DNA of 64,000 nucleotides from Armatimonadota bacterium (GTDB lineage: Bacteria; Armatimonadota; UBA5829; DTLH01). Where the stretch lies: assembly GCA_038207085.1 (NCBI GenBank), contig JBBRAE010000009.1, positions 43,148 to 107,147 of the forward strand, in the 5' to 3' direction. This document shows, piece by piece, positions 1 through 9,595 of this stretch. The position numbers and the translations under genes were made by a program. Every line of letters begins with the position of its first letter. The first letter of the stretch is position 1. The notes below the pieces were generated by a model. It was not told the origin of the DNA. It ran no database searches and was given only the letters and a program-made list of their open reading frames with translations.

Positions 1-1
1 T

Positions 2-583
2 GATGGCAAATGGGCACAGCCGAGTCCTGGCGCAGGATTTGACTACAGCGTGAGCAAGCCGTGGGGGTGGCGGATTAACCCAGCCCTCGGCAGCCTCTGG
101 AAGTACACCAGCAAGTCCCGAAAGATCTTTATATGCCCCTCAGACAAGCACTCGGTTAGTTCTGGCTTTACTAGATATGGAACAGGATTTGGCCTGAGCT
201 ATACTATGAATGCCGCCCTCGTCGAGGATGAAAGCTCATATGGTGACACAAGTGCATGAAGCAAGCTGGCAATTGAGGCTCAGTTACTTCGGCCGACCAA
301 GACGGTGCTGCTTGCCGATCAGGGTGACGGGCCCATAAACCATAACCCTGTGCTCGAGAACAACCTCCAAAAGTACGGTGGGCTCGCTCCAAGCTATGAT
401 GGGATATTTATTTGGTTCCACGCCGGGCCAACAGGGATTCACAACGGCGGGCAGAACTGGTTGTTCTGCGACAGCCATGTCAAGTGGACAAGCATCAAGC
501 AGTTCCGCGGACTTGCGTTCCGTCGAGACGGCATCCCGGGAGCGAGACAAGGTGTGATGGGTCAGTGGTGGTTCGATCTGTAA
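2..583 (+). pseudogene. 3' part of a DUF1559 / prepilin-type H-X9-DG-motif protein, interrupted by an in-frame TGA at 257-259 (5' end outside the window)
   Basis: ORFs 50..259 and 305..583 share a frame that is open from base 2. Motifs IFICPSD, LSYTMN, P-K-TVLLAD and HNGGQNWLFCDSHVK are typical of the family. The only stop is TGA at 257. Confidence 0.75.
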
Positions 584-664
584 TATCGCAATGATGAACA
601 ATGCCACAGGGCTTCCAATTGGGTAAATTTACAAGTGAGGAGCTTTTCTCAAGAGGTGAACGCG

Positions 665-922
665 ATGGAAGTCCAGGTTGGGCATGTGACCCATTATTAC
701 AGTCATCTTGGAGTGGCAGCGGTGGCGGTTGAATCGGACCAGGTGAACGTTGGGGACCTGATCCACATCAAGGGACGCACCACCGATGTCGTGCAGCCGG
801 TCGAGTCTCTGGAGCTCGAACACCACAGTATCGACCATGCTGAGCCCGGCCAAAACGTCGGGGTCAAGGTGAGGCAGCACGTGCGTGAACACGATGCGGT
901 GATGAAAGTTATGGCGGCGTAA
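665..922 (+). CDS. small beta-barrel protein (translation-elongation-factor-like / U32 peptidase C-terminal-like)
   Basis: VGHVTHYYSHLGVAAV..GDLIHIKG.TTD..Q.VES..A.PGQ.VGVK pattern; GAGGTG RBS before ATG 665. Confidence 0.7.
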   Translation: MEVQVGHVTHYYSHLGVAAVAVESDQVNVGDLIHIKGRTTDVVQPVESLELEHHSIDHAEPGQNVGVKVRQHVREHDAVMKVMAA

Positions 923-956
923 GTGGGATGAGGGTGAGGTTCATCCCCATCCCACT
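923..956. terminator. hairpin between convergent genes
   Basis: GTGGGATG...CATCCCAC inverted repeat. Confidence 0.5.
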
Positions 957-966
957 CCCATTGTTG

Positions 967-2721
967 CTACATCGGCGGCGACTGGATAGTGAAAGTGAAG
1001 GTCGTCCCGACACCGGGCTGCGACTCCACTGAAACTCGTCCTCCGTGGGCCTCCACCAGGTGCTTTACGATCGAGAGCCCGAGCCCTGTGCCTCCCGAGT
1101 CGCGGGAGCGCGCCTTGTCTACCCTGTAGAACCGCTCAAATATCCTCGGCAGGTCAGCGGAAGGTATTCCCATCCCAGTGTCCGACACCCGCACCGCCAC
1201 ATGTCCGCCAGCCTCTTCAGCCGAAACAAGCACCCGTCCGCCCTGAGGGGTATATTTGAGTGCGTTGTCGATCAGGTTCGCGAGGACTTGGTGGGTCACC
1301 TCTGAGTCGGCGTTGACCTTTAGGCCCGATGGAATTTCGATGGCGAGCTGAATCTCTTTTCGCTCTGCCCGGTGTGCAAACCCCGAAAGCGTCCGCCCGG
1401 CGACCTCTGAGAGCGCGAACACCTCGGTTCGGATGGCGCGCCGTCCGGATTCTATCTTGGCGAGGTCGAGCAAGTCTTCGGATATTGCTGTCAGGCGGTC
1501 GGCCTCGGTCATGATCTTGCGGGCGAAGTCGTCGGCAATCTGCGGGTCTTTTTTGGCTCGAAGGACGATTGTCTCGGCCATCGCCTTGATCGTCGCAAGC
1601 GGGGTGCGCAGCTCGTGGCTTACGTTTGCGACAAAGTCCCGGCGCAGAATGTCGGTGCGTTTGGCGGCTGTCAGATCGTGCATCACGACGACCACTCCCG
1701 CGTCGCCCAGTGGGGCGACGTAGACGTTCAAAAACGTATCTTTGGGCTGGGTGAGCTCGATCTCAAGGGAGGCGGGTTCGCCACTTTTCAGCACCCGTTC
1801 GACAAGCTTCGCAAGGTCGTGACTAAGCGACGACTCGATGATCGTTTTGCCCTTGAGCTGCCCGAGTGAGGTCTGGAAATACTCCGCGGCGGCGGGGTTT
1901 GCCATACGCACGCAGGCGTCGTGGTCGACGACCATAATGCCGTCGTCGGTGCGGTCGAGGATCGTCTGAAGCTTGCTTTTCTCGCCCGTAAGCTCCTCCA
2001 TCATCCGCGTAAGCTCGATAGCGGATGCGTTCAGCGTTGCGGCGAGGTCGTCGATCTCGTCGTGCGGGCCTTTGGGGATCTTGACGCTGTGTCCGAGCTC
2101 ACCCCGGGCCATCCGCCGGGCTACCATTCCCATCTCGTGGATAGGCGCGCCTATCCGTTTGGCGACCCACGCGCCTGCGATCCCGGCAAGGAGCACAGAG
2201 AGCATTGCGCCAAAGAGAAACACGTGGTGAATCGCGCTGCGGGCTTGGTCAACCTTCTCAAGGCTTTTTGAGACTCGGGAGACCCCGGTTGGGTGGTCTT
2301 CTGAGCCGATCCTGGTCGCGACGTAAAGCATCCGCGTGCGAATCGTCTTGCTGTAGCGAATCGAGGTGCCGACGCCGTGCGCGAGCGCATCACGGACTTC
2401 CGGGCGGCCGCCGTGGTTTTCCATCGTGGTGATGTTGCGATGGCTGTCTGCTGTGACTTTGCCGTCGGGGCGAACTATCGTCACGCGCAGTTGCTCGTCT
2501 TCGCTGACGCTTCTTGCGAGTTTCCCGAGCTTTGGCAGGTCGTTCAGCAGGGGTGAGCTTAGCCTGCCGACGAGCTTGCTGTCGGCGACGAGGTCAGCCG
2601 TAAGCGCGCGCACGTAGTAGCCTTCGGCCCAGTTGGACAGATAAAGCCCAAGGATGCCTATAGCCACCAGCGCAACCAGCAAAAACGCGGCGGTCAGTTT
2701 CCATCTGATTGTATAGAACAT
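967..2721 (-). CDS. phoR: phosphate regulon sensor histidine kinase (TM-HAMP-PAS-HisKA-HATPase)
   Basis: FVANVSHELRTPL H-box, NLIDNALKY, RIFERFYRVDKARSR..GGTGLGL; pst context. Confidence 0.9.
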   Translation of the reverse strand: MFYTIRWKLTAAFLLVALVAIGILGLYLSNWAEGYYVRALTADLVADSKLVGRLSSPLLNDLPKLGKLARSVSEDEQLRVTIVRPDGKVTADSHRNITTMENHGGRPEVRDALAHGVGTSIRYSKTIRTRMLYVATRIGSEDHPTGVSRVSKSLEKVDQARSAIHHVFLFGAMLSVLLAGIAGAWVAKRIGAPIHEMGMVARRMARGELGHSVKIPKGPHDEIDDLAATLNASAIELTRMMEELTGEKSKLQTILDRTDDGIMVVDHDACVRMANPAAAEYFQTSLGQLKGKTIIESSLSHDLAKLVERVLKSGEPASLEIELTQPKDTFLNVYVAPLGDAGVVVVMHDLTAAKRTDILRRDFVANVSHELRTPLATIKAMAETIVLRAKKDPQIADDFARKIMTEADRLTAISEDLLDLAKIESGRRAIRTEVFALSEVAGRTLSGFAHRAERKEIQLAIEIPSGLKVNADSEVTHQVLANLIDNALKYTPQGGRVLVSAEEAGGHVAVRVSDTGMGIPSADLPRIFERFYRVDKARSRDSGGTGLGLSIVKHLVEAHGGRVSVESQPGVGTTFTFTIQSPPM

Positions 2722-2753
2722 AATTGGCGATCAGCTATCAGTATTAATCGGCA

Positions 2754-3431
2754 TTAATCGGCGAACTTGTAGCCCACACCCCTTACTGTGAGGATTCTTA
2801 CTGGGCGGCTTGGGTCCGATTCGACCTTTTCGCGCAGGCGGCGGATGTGGACATCCACGGTGCCGGGGTCGATATACTCGTCCTCTCCCCACACCCGGTC
2901 AAGGAGCGCCGAGCGCTGAAGCACGCGCCCGCGGTTGGACATCAAAACGCATAGCAGATCAAACTCTTTTGGGCGAAGGGAGACGTCCGCGCCATCGATC
3001 TTTACGACGTGGCGGGCGGTGTCAACCTCGATTCCGTGACTGGAGAGCACCTCGGACGCCTGGCTTTCACGTTGGGAGCGGCGAAGGGCCGCTCGCACGC
3101 GGGCTATCAACTCCATCATTCCAAACGGCTTGGTGATGTAGTCGTCCGCGCCGACTTCAAGCCCCACAACCTTGTCTATCTCCCGTGATTTGGCCGTGAG
3201 CATAAGCACAGGCACGTCTGACTCCTTGCGGATCAGGCGGCAGACTTCGAGGCCGTCGATCCCCGGAAGCATCACGTCAAGGAGCACGATGTCGGGCTTC
3301 TCGGTTTTGAGCAGCTCAAGCGCTGAGAGGCCGTCGGGGGCTACATAGACCTTGTAGCCTTCCTCGCGCAAATTGTAGGCGACCGTTTCGGCAAGCGGAG
3401 CTTCGTCTTCAACAATAAGAATTCGTGACAT
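2754..3431 (-). CDS. phoB: OmpR/PhoB-family response regulator
   Basis: Receiver domain (VEDE, LDVMLP, KPF) plus winged helix (TVDVHIRRLREK, TVRGVGY); upstream of phoR. Confidence 0.88.
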   Translation of the reverse strand: MSRILIVEDEAPLAETVAYNLREEGYKVYVAPDGLSALELLKTEKPDIVLLDVMLPGIDGLEVCRLIRKESDVPVLMLTAKSREIDKVVGLEVGADDYITKPFGMMELIARVRAALRRSQRESQASEVLSSHGIEVDTARHVVKIDGADVSLRPKEFDLLCVLMSNRGRVLQRSALLDRVWGEDEYIDPGTVDVHIRRLREKVESDPSRPVRILTVRGVGYKFAD

Positions 3432-3524
3432 ATTTTTGTCTGTAACCTAATCGAATATTCTCGCAGTCTTATTATAACACCCCTATATCTGCCATACAAC
3501 GCGAAACAGTTGTGTTAGCTAACA

Positions 3525-3568
3525 GATAAGTGACGTGTAAGGTGCGTGTAAGGCTGCCTGTATATGCT
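3525..3568 (+). promoter_or_regulatory. Pho-box-like direct repeats and -10 element upstream of the porin-pstS unit
   Basis: TGTAAGG at 3536 and 3547 (11-bp period), weaker GATAAG at 3525, -10 TATGCT at 3563. Confidence 0.7.
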
Positions 3569-3639
3569 GGTATTGTCGCGTTATGAACGCAAGACAAGAG
3601 TGCAGGAGCAAACCAGACACTTAAAAGGAGACTGAACAG

Positions 3640-4776
3640 TTGAAGAAGATTATCATTGGATTGGCAGCAGTAGTGATGGCTGCCGGGCAGACTGCGTGGG
3701 CACAGGACACCAACGACGCAGCATCGATTAGCCAGCAGATGGAGCAGATGAAGGCGCAGCTTGAGGAGCTTCAGCAGAAGCTTAACACTCTTGACGCGGT
3801 CGTCACTGACCCCGAGGGCAAAGTAGAGACCGCGCTCTCCGACCTTTCCAAGGTGAAGAAAGTCACAGTGAGCGGCTACGCTCAGATTCGCTATGAGGCA
3901 GCCGACCAGAAAGAAGACGGCGGTAAGTTCGACGATGGCTACAATCTGCGCCGCGCCCGAATCAAGGTCACCGCAACCCCGACCCAAACGACATCGGCCG
4001 TGCTTCAGTTGGACATGGGCGGCAACAAGTTGAGCGTCAAAGATGCCTACCTCACCTATGCTCCCAAGCCTATTTATCCCTTTACCATCGGCCAGATGAA
4101 CTGGATCTTCGGCTACGAAATTCCCTATTCCTCAAGCCGCAGAGAGACCCCGGAGCGCGCGCTTGTTTTCCGCAGACTCTTTCAGGGCGAGCGCGACCGC
4201 GGCGCAAAGTTGGGTTTCCCGGTGGGCAAGTACGGAACAGGGCAGGTCGGCGCTTTTGACGGCACCGGTATCGAAAGCGGCATCGCAGGCGACTTCGACT
4301 CCAAGAAGGACTATCTCGCGAACGTCTCCTGGGCAAAGGGCGATATGGAGTGGGGCATCTCCGGTTACCTGGGCGGCAACATCCTGAACTCTGGCCGCAC
4401 CGACACCGTCACGGCCGACAAAGACCGCTACGGCGCAGATTTCCGCTACTACGGCGAGAACTGGACGTTCAAGAGCGAGTACGTGCGGGGCAAAGGCGTC
4501 GACACCGCAGACCCGGCTTACACCAACTGGATCGACGGCTACTACACTCAGTTCAACTACAACACCAATGTGCAGAACACGCTCGTCGCGAGGTACTCCT
4601 CGATGTCCGAAGACCCCAAAAAGCTCACCCTGGGCCGCAGAAGCGCCTGGGACCTGGGATGGATTCACTACTTTGACAACAACCTGAAGATGAAGATCTT
4701 CCAGACTATCAATCAGGAGTCGAAGGTGAAACTCCCGAACGACATTACTCGCCTTGAGTTTGTGGTTACTTACTAG
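3640..4776 (+). CDS. phosphate-selective porin (OprO/OprP-like)
   Basis: Signal peptide, coiled coil, VSGYAQIRY, LRRARI, DAYL, IGQ motifs, C-terminal aromatic residue; AGGAG RBS, TTG start; directly before pstS. Confidence 0.8.
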   Translation: MKKIIIGLAAVVMAAGQTAWAQDTNDAASISQQMEQMKAQLEELQQKLNTLDAVVTDPEGKVETALSDLSKVKKVTVSGYAQIRYEAADQKEDGGKFDDGYNLRRARIKVTATPTQTTSAVLQLDMGGNKLSVKDAYLTYAPKPIYPFTIGQMNWIFGYEIPYSSSRRETPERALVFRRLFQGERDRGAKLGFPVGKYGTGQVGAFDGTGIESGIAGDFDSKKDYLANVSWAKGDMEWGISGYLGGNILNSGRTDTVTADKDRYGADFRYYGENWTFKSEYVRGKGVDTADPAYTNWIDGYYTQFNYNTNVQNTLVARYSSMSEDPKKLTLGRRSAWDLGWIHYFDNNLKMKIFQTINQESKVKLPNDITRLEFVVTY

Positions 4777-4790
4777 ACCTGGACGAAAGA

Positions 4791-4816
4791 GGGCGGACAC
4801 ATTGGTCCGCCCCTAC
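4791..4816 (-). repeat. GTAG-type REP palindrome (family A)
   Basis: GGGCGGACACATTGGTCCGCCCCTAC, identical at 24931 and 35827. Confidence 0.85.
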
Positions 4817-4846
4817 ATCCTATATATCGACACAGGAGATAACAAT

Positions 4847-5707
4847 ATGAAACGAATGCTTAGGATTGCTCTTGCCGCGACCGCTTCTCTTGCGATTGTC
4901 GCAGGCGCGGCAGTCGCCGAACCCAAAGGGAGCCTGAAGATCGCGGGCTCCACCACTGTCCTGCCGCTTTCACAGGTGTGGGCGGAGACCTTTATGATGA
5001 AGTATAACGGCGCGCGCATCTCCGTCTCGGGCGGCGGCACCGGCACCGGTATCTCAATGCTGACAAACGGCACCTGCGACATCGCAAACGCCAGCCGAGC
5101 CGCAAAGAAGAAAGAGATCGACGCAGCCCGCACCCGCAACACCAAGCTCGTTGAGACCAAGCTTGCAAAGGACGGCCTCGCAATCATCGTCCACTCGTCA
5201 AGCAACGTCAAGAACCTGACTATGGACCAGCTTCAGGCGATGTATAGCGGCAAGATTCAGAACTGGAAAGAGGTCGGCGGCAACTCCGGCAAGGGGATAG
5301 TGCTGGTCGGTCGAGACACAAGTTCCGGCACCTACGGGTTCTTCCAGGAAGCCGTGCTTGACGGTGGCAACTACGCAAAAGACATGCTCAGCATGCCAAG
5401 TAACGCTGCAATTGCCCAGGCGGTTGCTCAGTCCCGAGACGCGATCGGCTACGTCGGAATCGCCTACGCCGACGACTACGTGAAGAAGGGCAAGGTCAAC
5501 ATTGTCGCCATTTCGCTGAAGAAGGGGCAGAAGGGCATCTTGCCGACCCGATCGACGATCGACGACGGGTCGTACCCGCTCTTCAGATATCTCTACGCAT
5601 ACACCAACGGAACTCCCAAGGGACTCGTCGGCGACTTCCTGAAGTGGTGCACTGGCGCTGAAGGTCAGAGCCTCGTGCACAAGGCCGGTTACGAGCCGCT
5701 CAAGTAA
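4847..5707 (+). CDS. pstS: phosphate ABC transporter substrate-binding protein
   Basis: GSTTVLP, GGGTGTG, GRDTSSGT, YPLFRYLY; AGGAG RBS before ATG 4847. Confidence 0.92.
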   Translation: MKRMLRIALAATASLAIVAGAAVAEPKGSLKIAGSTTVLPLSQVWAETFMMKYNGARISVSGGGTGTGISMLTNGTCDIANASRAAKKKEIDAARTRNTKLVETKLAKDGLAIIVHSSSNVKNLTMDQLQAMYSGKIQNWKEVGGNSGKGIVLVGRDTSSGTYGFFQEAVLDGGNYAKDMLSMPSNAAIAQAVAQSRDAIGYVGIAYADDYVKKGKVNIVAISLKKGQKGILPTRSTIDDGSYPLFRYLYAYTNGTPKGLVGDFLKWCTGAEGQSLVHKAGYEPLK

Positions 5708-5742
5708 AACGCTACACCGAATCGGCTGGTTTTCAGCCGTGA

Positions 5743-5781
5743 TGGGCCTGGCCGATGACTCGCAATCGACCAGGCCTTTTG
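5743..5781. terminator. intrinsic terminator after pstS
   Basis: GGCCTGG...CCAGGCC followed by TTTT. Confidence 0.6.
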
Positions 5782-5785
5782 ACTT

Positions 5786-7588
5786 CTACTGCTGTGTTGA
5801 AAGATCGAACTGCTGCTCGCAGAGCCTGGCGTAGAGCCCGCCCTGCGCGATAAGAGCGTCGTGGGGACCGAGCTCTATAACTCGTCCCTGGTCGACTACC
5901 GCTATCTGGTCGGCGTTTTTGATGGTTGAGAGCCTGTGGGCGACGACGATCGTGGTGCGCTCGACGGTGAGCTCCTCAAGCGCCTGCTGGACGATCCGCT
6001 CGCTTTCAGAGTCAAGTGCGCTTGTCGCTTCGTCAAGGACGATGATCGCGGGGTCTTTTAGAAACGTTCGGGCGATAGAAATCCTCTGGCGCTGGCCGCC
6101 TGAGAGACGCACTCCACGCTCCCCGAGCATCGTTTCGTAGCCGTCCTCCATCTCTTCGATAAACTCCTCGGCGTAGGCGCGCCGGGCGGCGTCGCACACT
6201 TCCTCAAAGCTTGCGTCAGGCCTGCCGTAGAGAATGTTTTCGGCGATCGTGCCGCTGAAGAGCACCGGCTCCTGGGGGACTAGCCCGATCTGGTGGCGGA
6301 GCGAGTAGATAGTATAGTCGCATGTGTCGCGCCCGTCGATCAGGATGCGCCCCGAGTCAAGCTCGTAGAACCTGTTCAGGAGGTGCGTGACGGTCGTCTT
6401 GCCGCCGCCAGAGGGGCCGACCAGGGCAAGTGTCGTCTTTGCCGGGATTACAAGGTCGAGCCTGTCAAAAATCAGGTTGTCCGAGGTCGGGTAGCTGAAG
6501 CAGACGCGCTCAAGGACGATCTCACCGCGGAACCTCGGAGCCCGCACCGCGCCGGGACGGTCGGCGACCTCGGGCTCGGTGTCGAATATCGAGAATATAC
6601 GGTCGGTCGCTCCAAGCGCGCTTGCAGTGATCAGCTGCATCTCGTTCAGCCACTCAAAAGGGGTGTATATCTGCCCCTGCATCAGGATAAACTGGATCAA
6701 AAGCCCGACCGTGATCTCTCCGGGGTGGAAAAGCGCGAGGTGTCCGCCGATCAGCACCACCACTAGCTGGGTACTGTAGCGGACGAAGTTCATGCTCGCC
6801 TCGCTCATCCCTGAGAGCTTGGAGTTTTTCACACCGAGGCCGACGAGCACGTTTGAGTCGTCGCTGAAGCGCTGGATCTCCTCATCTTCGCCCGTAAACG
6901 CCTTGACGACGGTCGCAGCGGCGAGCTTTTCCTGAGCGCTTCCCGAGAGGCGCGCGAGATGGTCGCGGATCGCTGTGGCGTTTCTCTTCACCCTCCAGCC
7001 GATCTTGCGCTGAATCAAAAGCTGCACCGGCAGAAGCGACACTGAAAGCAGGCCGAGGTAGACGCTCTTGGAGAAGAAATAGGTGAGGACCACCGAAATC
7101 AAGGCTATGCAGAGCCAGATCTGCACGAACGCTTTTCCGAGGAATGGCTGGATCATCTCGGTGTCGCCGATGATGCGGCTTGTAAGCGAGCCCGAACGGT
7201 TGGAGTCAAAGAACGAATGTGAGAGCTTCTGGATGTGCGCGTAGAGGTCACAGCGCAGGCTTTTGATCACCTCTTGGGTCGCTCGCGCGGAGACAGCGCT
7301 TCGCCAGTAGACAAATATTGGAGAGGCAAGCACGATCCCTGCGCCGATCAATAGCAGCCGCTTGATCTCGATCCAACCCGCCTGGTTGCTCATCTTGCCA
7401 GCGTTTACCGAGCCCAGTGTGTCCACCGCCTGCCCAACAAGCCACGCAATTGCGACCGGCATCAGAAACTTCACAAGCCCGGCCGCTGTCGCGAGCGCGT
7501 ACTGCGGCCAGTGGGGCTTTACATACGCAAGGAGCCTGCGCAGGTTGCTCGGTTTTCGCTCTTCCCGACTGAGCTTTCGGCCTATCAT
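5786..7588 (-). CDS. ABC exporter, fused permease/ATP-binding (MsbA/Sav1866-like)
   Basis: N-terminal TM domain, GPSGGGKT, LSGGQRQR, LDEATSALD; GGAG RBS before ATG 7588. Confidence 0.88.
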   Translation of the reverse strand: MIGRKLSREERKPSNLRRLLAYVKPHWPQYALATAAGLVKFLMPVAIAWLVGQAVDTLGSVNAGKMSNQAGWIEIKRLLLIGAGIVLASPIFVYWRSAVSARATQEVIKSLRCDLYAHIQKLSHSFFDSNRSGSLTSRIIGDTEMIQPFLGKAFVQIWLCIALISVVLTYFFSKSVYLGLLSVSLLPVQLLIQRKIGWRVKRNATAIRDHLARLSGSAQEKLAAATVVKAFTGEDEEIQRFSDDSNVLVGLGVKNSKLSGMSEASMNFVRYSTQLVVVLIGGHLALFHPGEITVGLLIQFILMQGQIYTPFEWLNEMQLITASALGATDRIFSIFDTEPEVADRPGAVRAPRFRGEIVLERVCFSYPTSDNLIFDRLDLVIPAKTTLALVGPSGGGKTTVTHLLNRFYELDSGRILIDGRDTCDYTIYSLRHQIGLVPQEPVLFSGTIAENILYGRPDASFEEVCDAARRAYAEEFIEEMEDGYETMLGERGVRLSGGQRQRISIARTFLKDPAIIVLDEATSALDSESERIVQQALEELTVERTTIVVAHRLSTIKNADQIAVVDQGRVIELGPHDALIAQGGLYARLCEQQFDLSTQQ

Positions 7589-7694
7589 AAAACTAACTCC
7601 AAGTTGCCTTTGCGCCTGAACGACGCACGTTTTTGGGCATGGCCAGACGCCAGCCATAGTATAGCACTAATCAGCTCGCCTGCGTTTCGGATAT

Positions 7695-7738
7695 GTTAAC
7701 TCCCCTGTAAGGAGGCTGTAAGAAACCGAGCATATAAT
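7695..7738 (+). promoter_or_regulatory. Pho-box-like direct repeats and -10 element upstream of pstC
   Basis: TGTAAG at 7706 and 7717, GTTAAC at 7695 (11-bp period), TATAAT at 7733. Confidence 0.75.
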
Positions 7739-7787
7739 CGATATAGAACGTGATCTAACCTACATCTCCATGGAGATATATGCTTCT

Positions 7788-8738
7788 ATGTCTGACAATC
7801 TGACTGCAGAACCGGAAACCGTGGAGCGAAAAAGCTTTGTGCGGCAGGCCTCACGGGCAAAGAAGACCCGCGACAACCTGATCGCCCGATTTGTCGCGAT
7901 TAACGGCGGGGTGGGGATCCTCGCGATCCTGTTGATCTTCGGCTTCTTGCTGAAAGACGCGATTCCTACTTTTAAGCACGTGTCCCTCTGGAAGTTCCTG
8001 ACCGGCGCGACTTGGCAGCCGGATCAGGATATCTTTGGGATCGTGCCACTTCTGGCCGGTTCGGCTGCTGTGACGATCGGCGCGGTCGTGATAGCAGTTC
8101 CCCTTGGTATTGCATGCGCCGTGTATTTGGCTGAGATCGCCCCCGTCCGGGTGCGCGAGATTCTGAAGCCGACGATTGAGGTGCTAGCGGGTATTCCCTC
8201 GGTTGTGATAGGGTTCATCGGGCTTACCATCGCTGCCCCTTTCATCCAGGAAGCGCTCCATTTGCAGACCGGGCTTACGGCTCTTACCGCCGCGGTAATG
8301 CTTGGGTTTATGGCGGTGCCGACGATCATCACAATCGCGGAAGATGCAATCATCGCCGTTCCGGCGGCTTACCGTGAGGGCTCGCTTGCTCTTGGTTCGA
8401 CCCGCTGGGAGACGATCTCCCGGGTGATCTTTCCAGCTGCAAAGAGCGGGGTCATCGCAGGGTGCATGCTCGGAGTCGGGCGCGCGGTCGGTGAGACTAT
8501 GACCGTCTTGATGGTCGCGGGCAACGCTTCAAACGTGCCTGAAGGGCTGAAGGGGATCGTGCCGTTCTTTCTGGGGTCGGTCAAGACGATGACGGCGCAG
8601 ATCGCAAGTGAAGCGCCCGAGGCCGCAGTCAACTCACCCCATTACCACGCGCTTTTCGCTGTGGGGCTCACGCTATTTCTTATAACGTTTGGGATCAATC
8701 TCGTTGCGGACCTTGCGCTTTCAAAAGGGAGGCACTGA
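7788..8738 (+). CDS. pstC: phosphate ABC transporter permease
   Basis: LAGIPSVV, EGSLALGSTRWET, RAVGETM; alternative start at 7770. Confidence 0.92.
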   Translation: MSDNLTAEPETVERKSFVRQASRAKKTRDNLIARFVAINGGVGILAILLIFGFLLKDAIPTFKHVSLWKFLTGATWQPDQDIFGIVPLLAGSAAVTIGAVVIAVPLGIACAVYLAEIAPVRVREILKPTIEVLAGIPSVVIGFIGLTIAAPFIQEALHLQTGLTALTAAVMLGFMAVPTIITIAEDAIIAVPAAYREGSLALGSTRWETISRVIFPAAKSGVIAGCMLGVGRAVGETMTVLMVAGNASNVPEGLKGIVPFFLGSVKTMTAQIASEAPEAAVNSPHYHALFAVGLTLFLITFGINLVADLALSKGRH

Positions 8739-9595
8739 TGGACGGCCACAAGAAGCGGCTCGCCAAAGAAAGACTCGTTTTTATTCTCCTTGGCCTGTCG
8801 GCGTTTGTGGTGGTCGCACCGGTCGTGGCTGTGATCTACTTTCTGATCGCCCGGGGCGCGTCGGCCATGAGCTGGGAGTTTATCTCGCAGCCACCGAGGA
8901 TGTTCTTCCAAGAAGGCGGCATCTTCCCGGCGATTGTCGGGACGCTGTATCTTCTGGTAGGAACTATCGTCTTTGCGGTGCCGGTCGGGATACTCGCAGC
9001 CGTTTACTTGACCGAATATGCGAACAGAAACGCACTTACGCGCATCATCCGTCTGGCGATTGTGAACCTCGCGGGGGTGCCATCGATCGTCTTTGGGCTG
9101 TTTGGCCTTGGGCTTTTCGTATACTTCCTGCAGTTCGGAAAGTCGATTCTCGCGGGTTCGGCGACCCTTGCGATTCTTATTTTGCCTGTCATAATCACCT
9201 CTGCCGAAGAGGCGCTTTTGACGGTGCCGCAGTCGTTTCGGGAGGCGAGCCTTGCGCTTGGAGCGACCAAGTGGCAGACGATCCAGAAAGTCGTCCTTCC
9301 GAACTCATTTGCCGGGATTCTAACCGGCGTGATACTTGGGGTAGGGCGCGCAGCGGGGGAGACCGCCCCGATTATGCTTACCGCCGCGGCATTCTATATG
9401 CCGACCCTTCCAAAATCGGTCTTTCAGGACTGTATGGCGCTTCCCTATCAGCTTTGGGTGCTGACTTCCGAGTCTTTCAACCCGTCGCCCAAGTTCCAGT
9501 GGGGAACGGCACTTACTCTTTTGATTCTTGTCCTGGGTTTGAACCTGATCGCTTCGATCATCCGAACCCGCTTTAGGAGGAAGAGAGCTTGGTAA
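8738..9595 (+). CDS. pstA: phosphate ABC transporter permease
   Basis: [40 protein letters not shown] overlap with pstC. Confidence 0.92.
   Translation: MDGHKKRLAKERLVFILLGLSAFVVVAPVVAVIYFLIARGASAMSWEFISQPPRMFFQEGGIFPAIVGTLYLLVGTIVFAVPVGILAAVYLTEYANRNALTRIIRLAIVNLAGVPSIVFGLFGLGLFVYFLQFGKSILAGSATLAILILPVIITSAEEALLTVPQSFREASLALGATKWQTIQKVVLPNSFAGILTGVILGVGRAAGETAPIMLTAAAFYMPTLPKSVFQDCMALPYQLWVLTSESFNPSPKFQWGTALTLLILVLGLNLIASIIRTRFRRKRAW

Noticed and set aside
4754..4846. N-terminal extension of pstS in the ORF track
   Set aside because: It overlaps the porin end and runs through a REP. The RBS and signal peptide indicate ATG 4847.
8689..9576. 295-aa alternative-frame ORF over pstA
   Set aside because: Shadow ORF with no motifs; pstA occupies the locus.
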